NCBI GenBank assembly: GCA_026026165.1
Contig: JAPEUD010000004.1
Coordinates: 1-64,000 of the forward strand
Direction of reading: 5' to 3'
DNA: 64,000 bases
DNA from: Sarea resinae
Taxonomy: Eukaryota
Part shown: one piece after another, positions 61,971 to 64,000 of the stretch
Position numbering within the stretch: position 1 is the first letter of the stretch
Layout: the number at the start of each line of letters is the position of its first letter
Notes under the pieces: model-generated
The model's database searches: none
The model's input: the letters and a program-made list of their open reading frames with translations, nothing else
What the model was told of the DNA's origin: nothing
Made by a program: the position numbers and the translations under genes

Positions 61971-63775
61971 ATGGCAGAGCCTTTCGAGATCAAAAAGGTG
62001 CGATTTCTATTCATGATTCTGTCCCATGTTACCTTGTTCGATCCCACTGACTGATGCCTCCGATTTCATGCACAGCTCGCCATGATCGGCTGTGGTAGCA
62101 TGGGTGGCGGCATGGCCTTGTTGTTCGCCGAACACGGCGTTCATGTATCCTTAGAGGACCCTTCCGAAGAAGCTGTGCAGCGCGTACTCGAGCAGGGCAA
62201 GCAAGATGGAATTGGGCATATGCTGGAGAAACATCAGGGTTCGTATGTTTAATCCGCCGCTACCTTCAATGACTAACGGCGATACAGATTATGCCGACCT
62301 TTGCAAGAGCTTAGGCTCACCAAAGATCTTTGTCTTCAGCCTGCCGCATGGCACCGTTGGCGACACCGTCTTAGGAAGCTTGCAGCCATATCTGACCAAA
62401 GGTGATATCATCATTGATGCCAGCAACGAAAATTGGCAGAACACTCAGCGCCGGCAAGGAAAATGTGTTGCCATGGGCATCTATTATATTGGTATGGGTG
62501 TTTCCGGTGGCTATCAGGCTGCGAGGAGAGGGCCGTCCATGTGCCCGGGGGGACAAGATGTGCCAATGAATATGATAATGCCTTTTCTGAAAAAGATCGC
62601 GGCAAAAGACCCCAAAGGCCGACCTTGTGTGGGCAAGGCTGGCGAGGGCGGCAGTGGACATTACGTCAAGGTGAAATCGTTGTTCAAATCGCTGAGATGG
62701 AGTGCTGACTACGTACCTGAAGATGCTTCACAATGGGATCGAACAGGGCATGATGAGCGCCGTAGCAGAGGCATGGCACGTCATGAATGCATCCTTGGAC
62801 ATGGAATACGAGGAGATATCGGATGTCTTTTCCAAGTGGGCCGCAGAGGGAGAACTTGTAAGCGCATATTTCTCTCAAGACTCTGGACTCTATTTGACTT
62901 GGGCACAGAAAAACACATTTCTCGTCAATATTGCTATCGACATTTGTAGGACTAAAGACAAAGATGGGCGCTATCCGCTCAGCTATGTCCAAGATAAAGT
63001 CGTCCAAGAAACAGACGATACCGAAGGCACGGGCATCTGGTCGAACGAAGAGGCCATCCGTCTCCATATCCCCACGCCTACACTGTCAACAGCTTATTCC
63101 TTCCGCGTAGGGTCCGGCGATCGAGCACAGAGGGAACGAGTGAAGGGTGCTTTTGGAGGCGACTTTCCGGTCGAGAAGATATCTTTCCGTAACGATGGCG
63201 AAAAAGAGTCTTTCCTGGAAGACTTGCGACTGGCCGTCTACGAGGCCTGCTTGGCGTCATACGTACAGGGGCTGATTGTCATCGACAAAGCGGATAGAGA
63301 GAACAACTGGAGCATCAACTTTGCGACCGTCGTTCAGATCTGGAGGGGTGGCTGCATCATCCAAGCAGATCACATCGCCGACATGCTCGAGGAGATCTTC
63401 AAAGGTCCCCGCGCAGTCAAGGAGAACGGCGACCGCAATCTCCTTTACGAACCACGTATTGCCGAAGAATTCAAAAGGGGCTTCGCGGCCTTGAAGCGTA
63501 TCGTATCCAAAGGGGCAGAGACCAATGCGATCATCCCTAGTATCAGCGCGACTTTGGATTATCTCAAGTATCAGACCAGTTTGGGTAAGTCGTTTTTCGC
63601 TCCACTCAATCGTAGCAGTTTAGCAGCGCCACAGACTGACGATTCGCCAGATTTGCCGACACAATTTTACGAAGCCGAGTTGGACTATTTCGGCAAGCAT
63701 ATGTTTGACTTGAAGTCGGAGCCCGCCGGCAAGCCTGTGACGGGCAAGCATCATTATGAATGGAAGCCTGCTTAG
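61971..63775 (+). CDS. 6-phosphogluconate-dehydrogenase-like protein (divergent paralogue); introns 61998-62075, 62239-62287, 62671-62722, 62858-62908, 63585-63650
   Basis: MIGCGSMGGGMAL Rossmann motif, IIDASN, GMGVSGG, GHYVKMLHNGIE, IWRGGCII, DYFGKH. Confidence 0.88.
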
Positions 63776-64000
63776 TAGTTAGGTCTTTGGGATAGCCGGT
63801 TCGGAGCCTGCTTGGTTAGCGAGCATGTGAAAGGATCGAGGGGAAGAGGGCGGTCGTACATGTCAGTAGCGTTGCATGACATAGATGGAGGATTAGACGG
63901 CTTGTCTTGATAGAATAGATTAGCCTAGCCATGACCAGACCAGACCAGACCAAACCAAGACTCTGCAAGCCGTCAAGCTTTCCTTTTTCCTTTTATGAAG

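Overview
Gene-dense segment of a filamentous ascomycete (Pezizomycotina) chromosome: short GT-AG introns with CTRAY branch points, no prokaryotic features, and no recognisable tRNA, rRNA or transposon. I assembled about 19 protein-coding genes by hand. In order: an SrkA/Srk1/Rck2-type kinase, a DUF2462 protein, Mtc1, an AT-hook/UBZ protein, a rhomboid, a GRDP/DUF1399 Gly-Cys-tailed protein, a divergent 2-methylcitrate synthase / 2-methylisocitrate lyase pair, a disrupted PHD + Myb-like gene, Elf1/New1, an Hnm1-like choline permease, an alpha/beta-hydrolase + Cys-phosphatase fusion, an Ilv3 paralogue without a presequence, two hypothetical proteins, a small 4-repeat protein, importin-11/Kap120, Pex2 and a divergent 6-phosphogluconate-dehydrogenase-like enzyme. 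Intergenic DNA is very rich in microsatellites. The best leads are: (1) the 6PGD-like enzyme has substitutions at both NADP- and substrate-phosphate-binding positions; (2) the fusion's phosphatase domain resembles metazoan/viral RNA 5'-triphosphatases (DUSP11/capping enzyme); (3) a symmetric 51-nt candidate cassette exon lies inside the kinase domain; (4) uORFs precede the choline permease; (5) the PHD gene has a frameshifted Myb-like domain. All family assignments come from motif recognition, not database searches.
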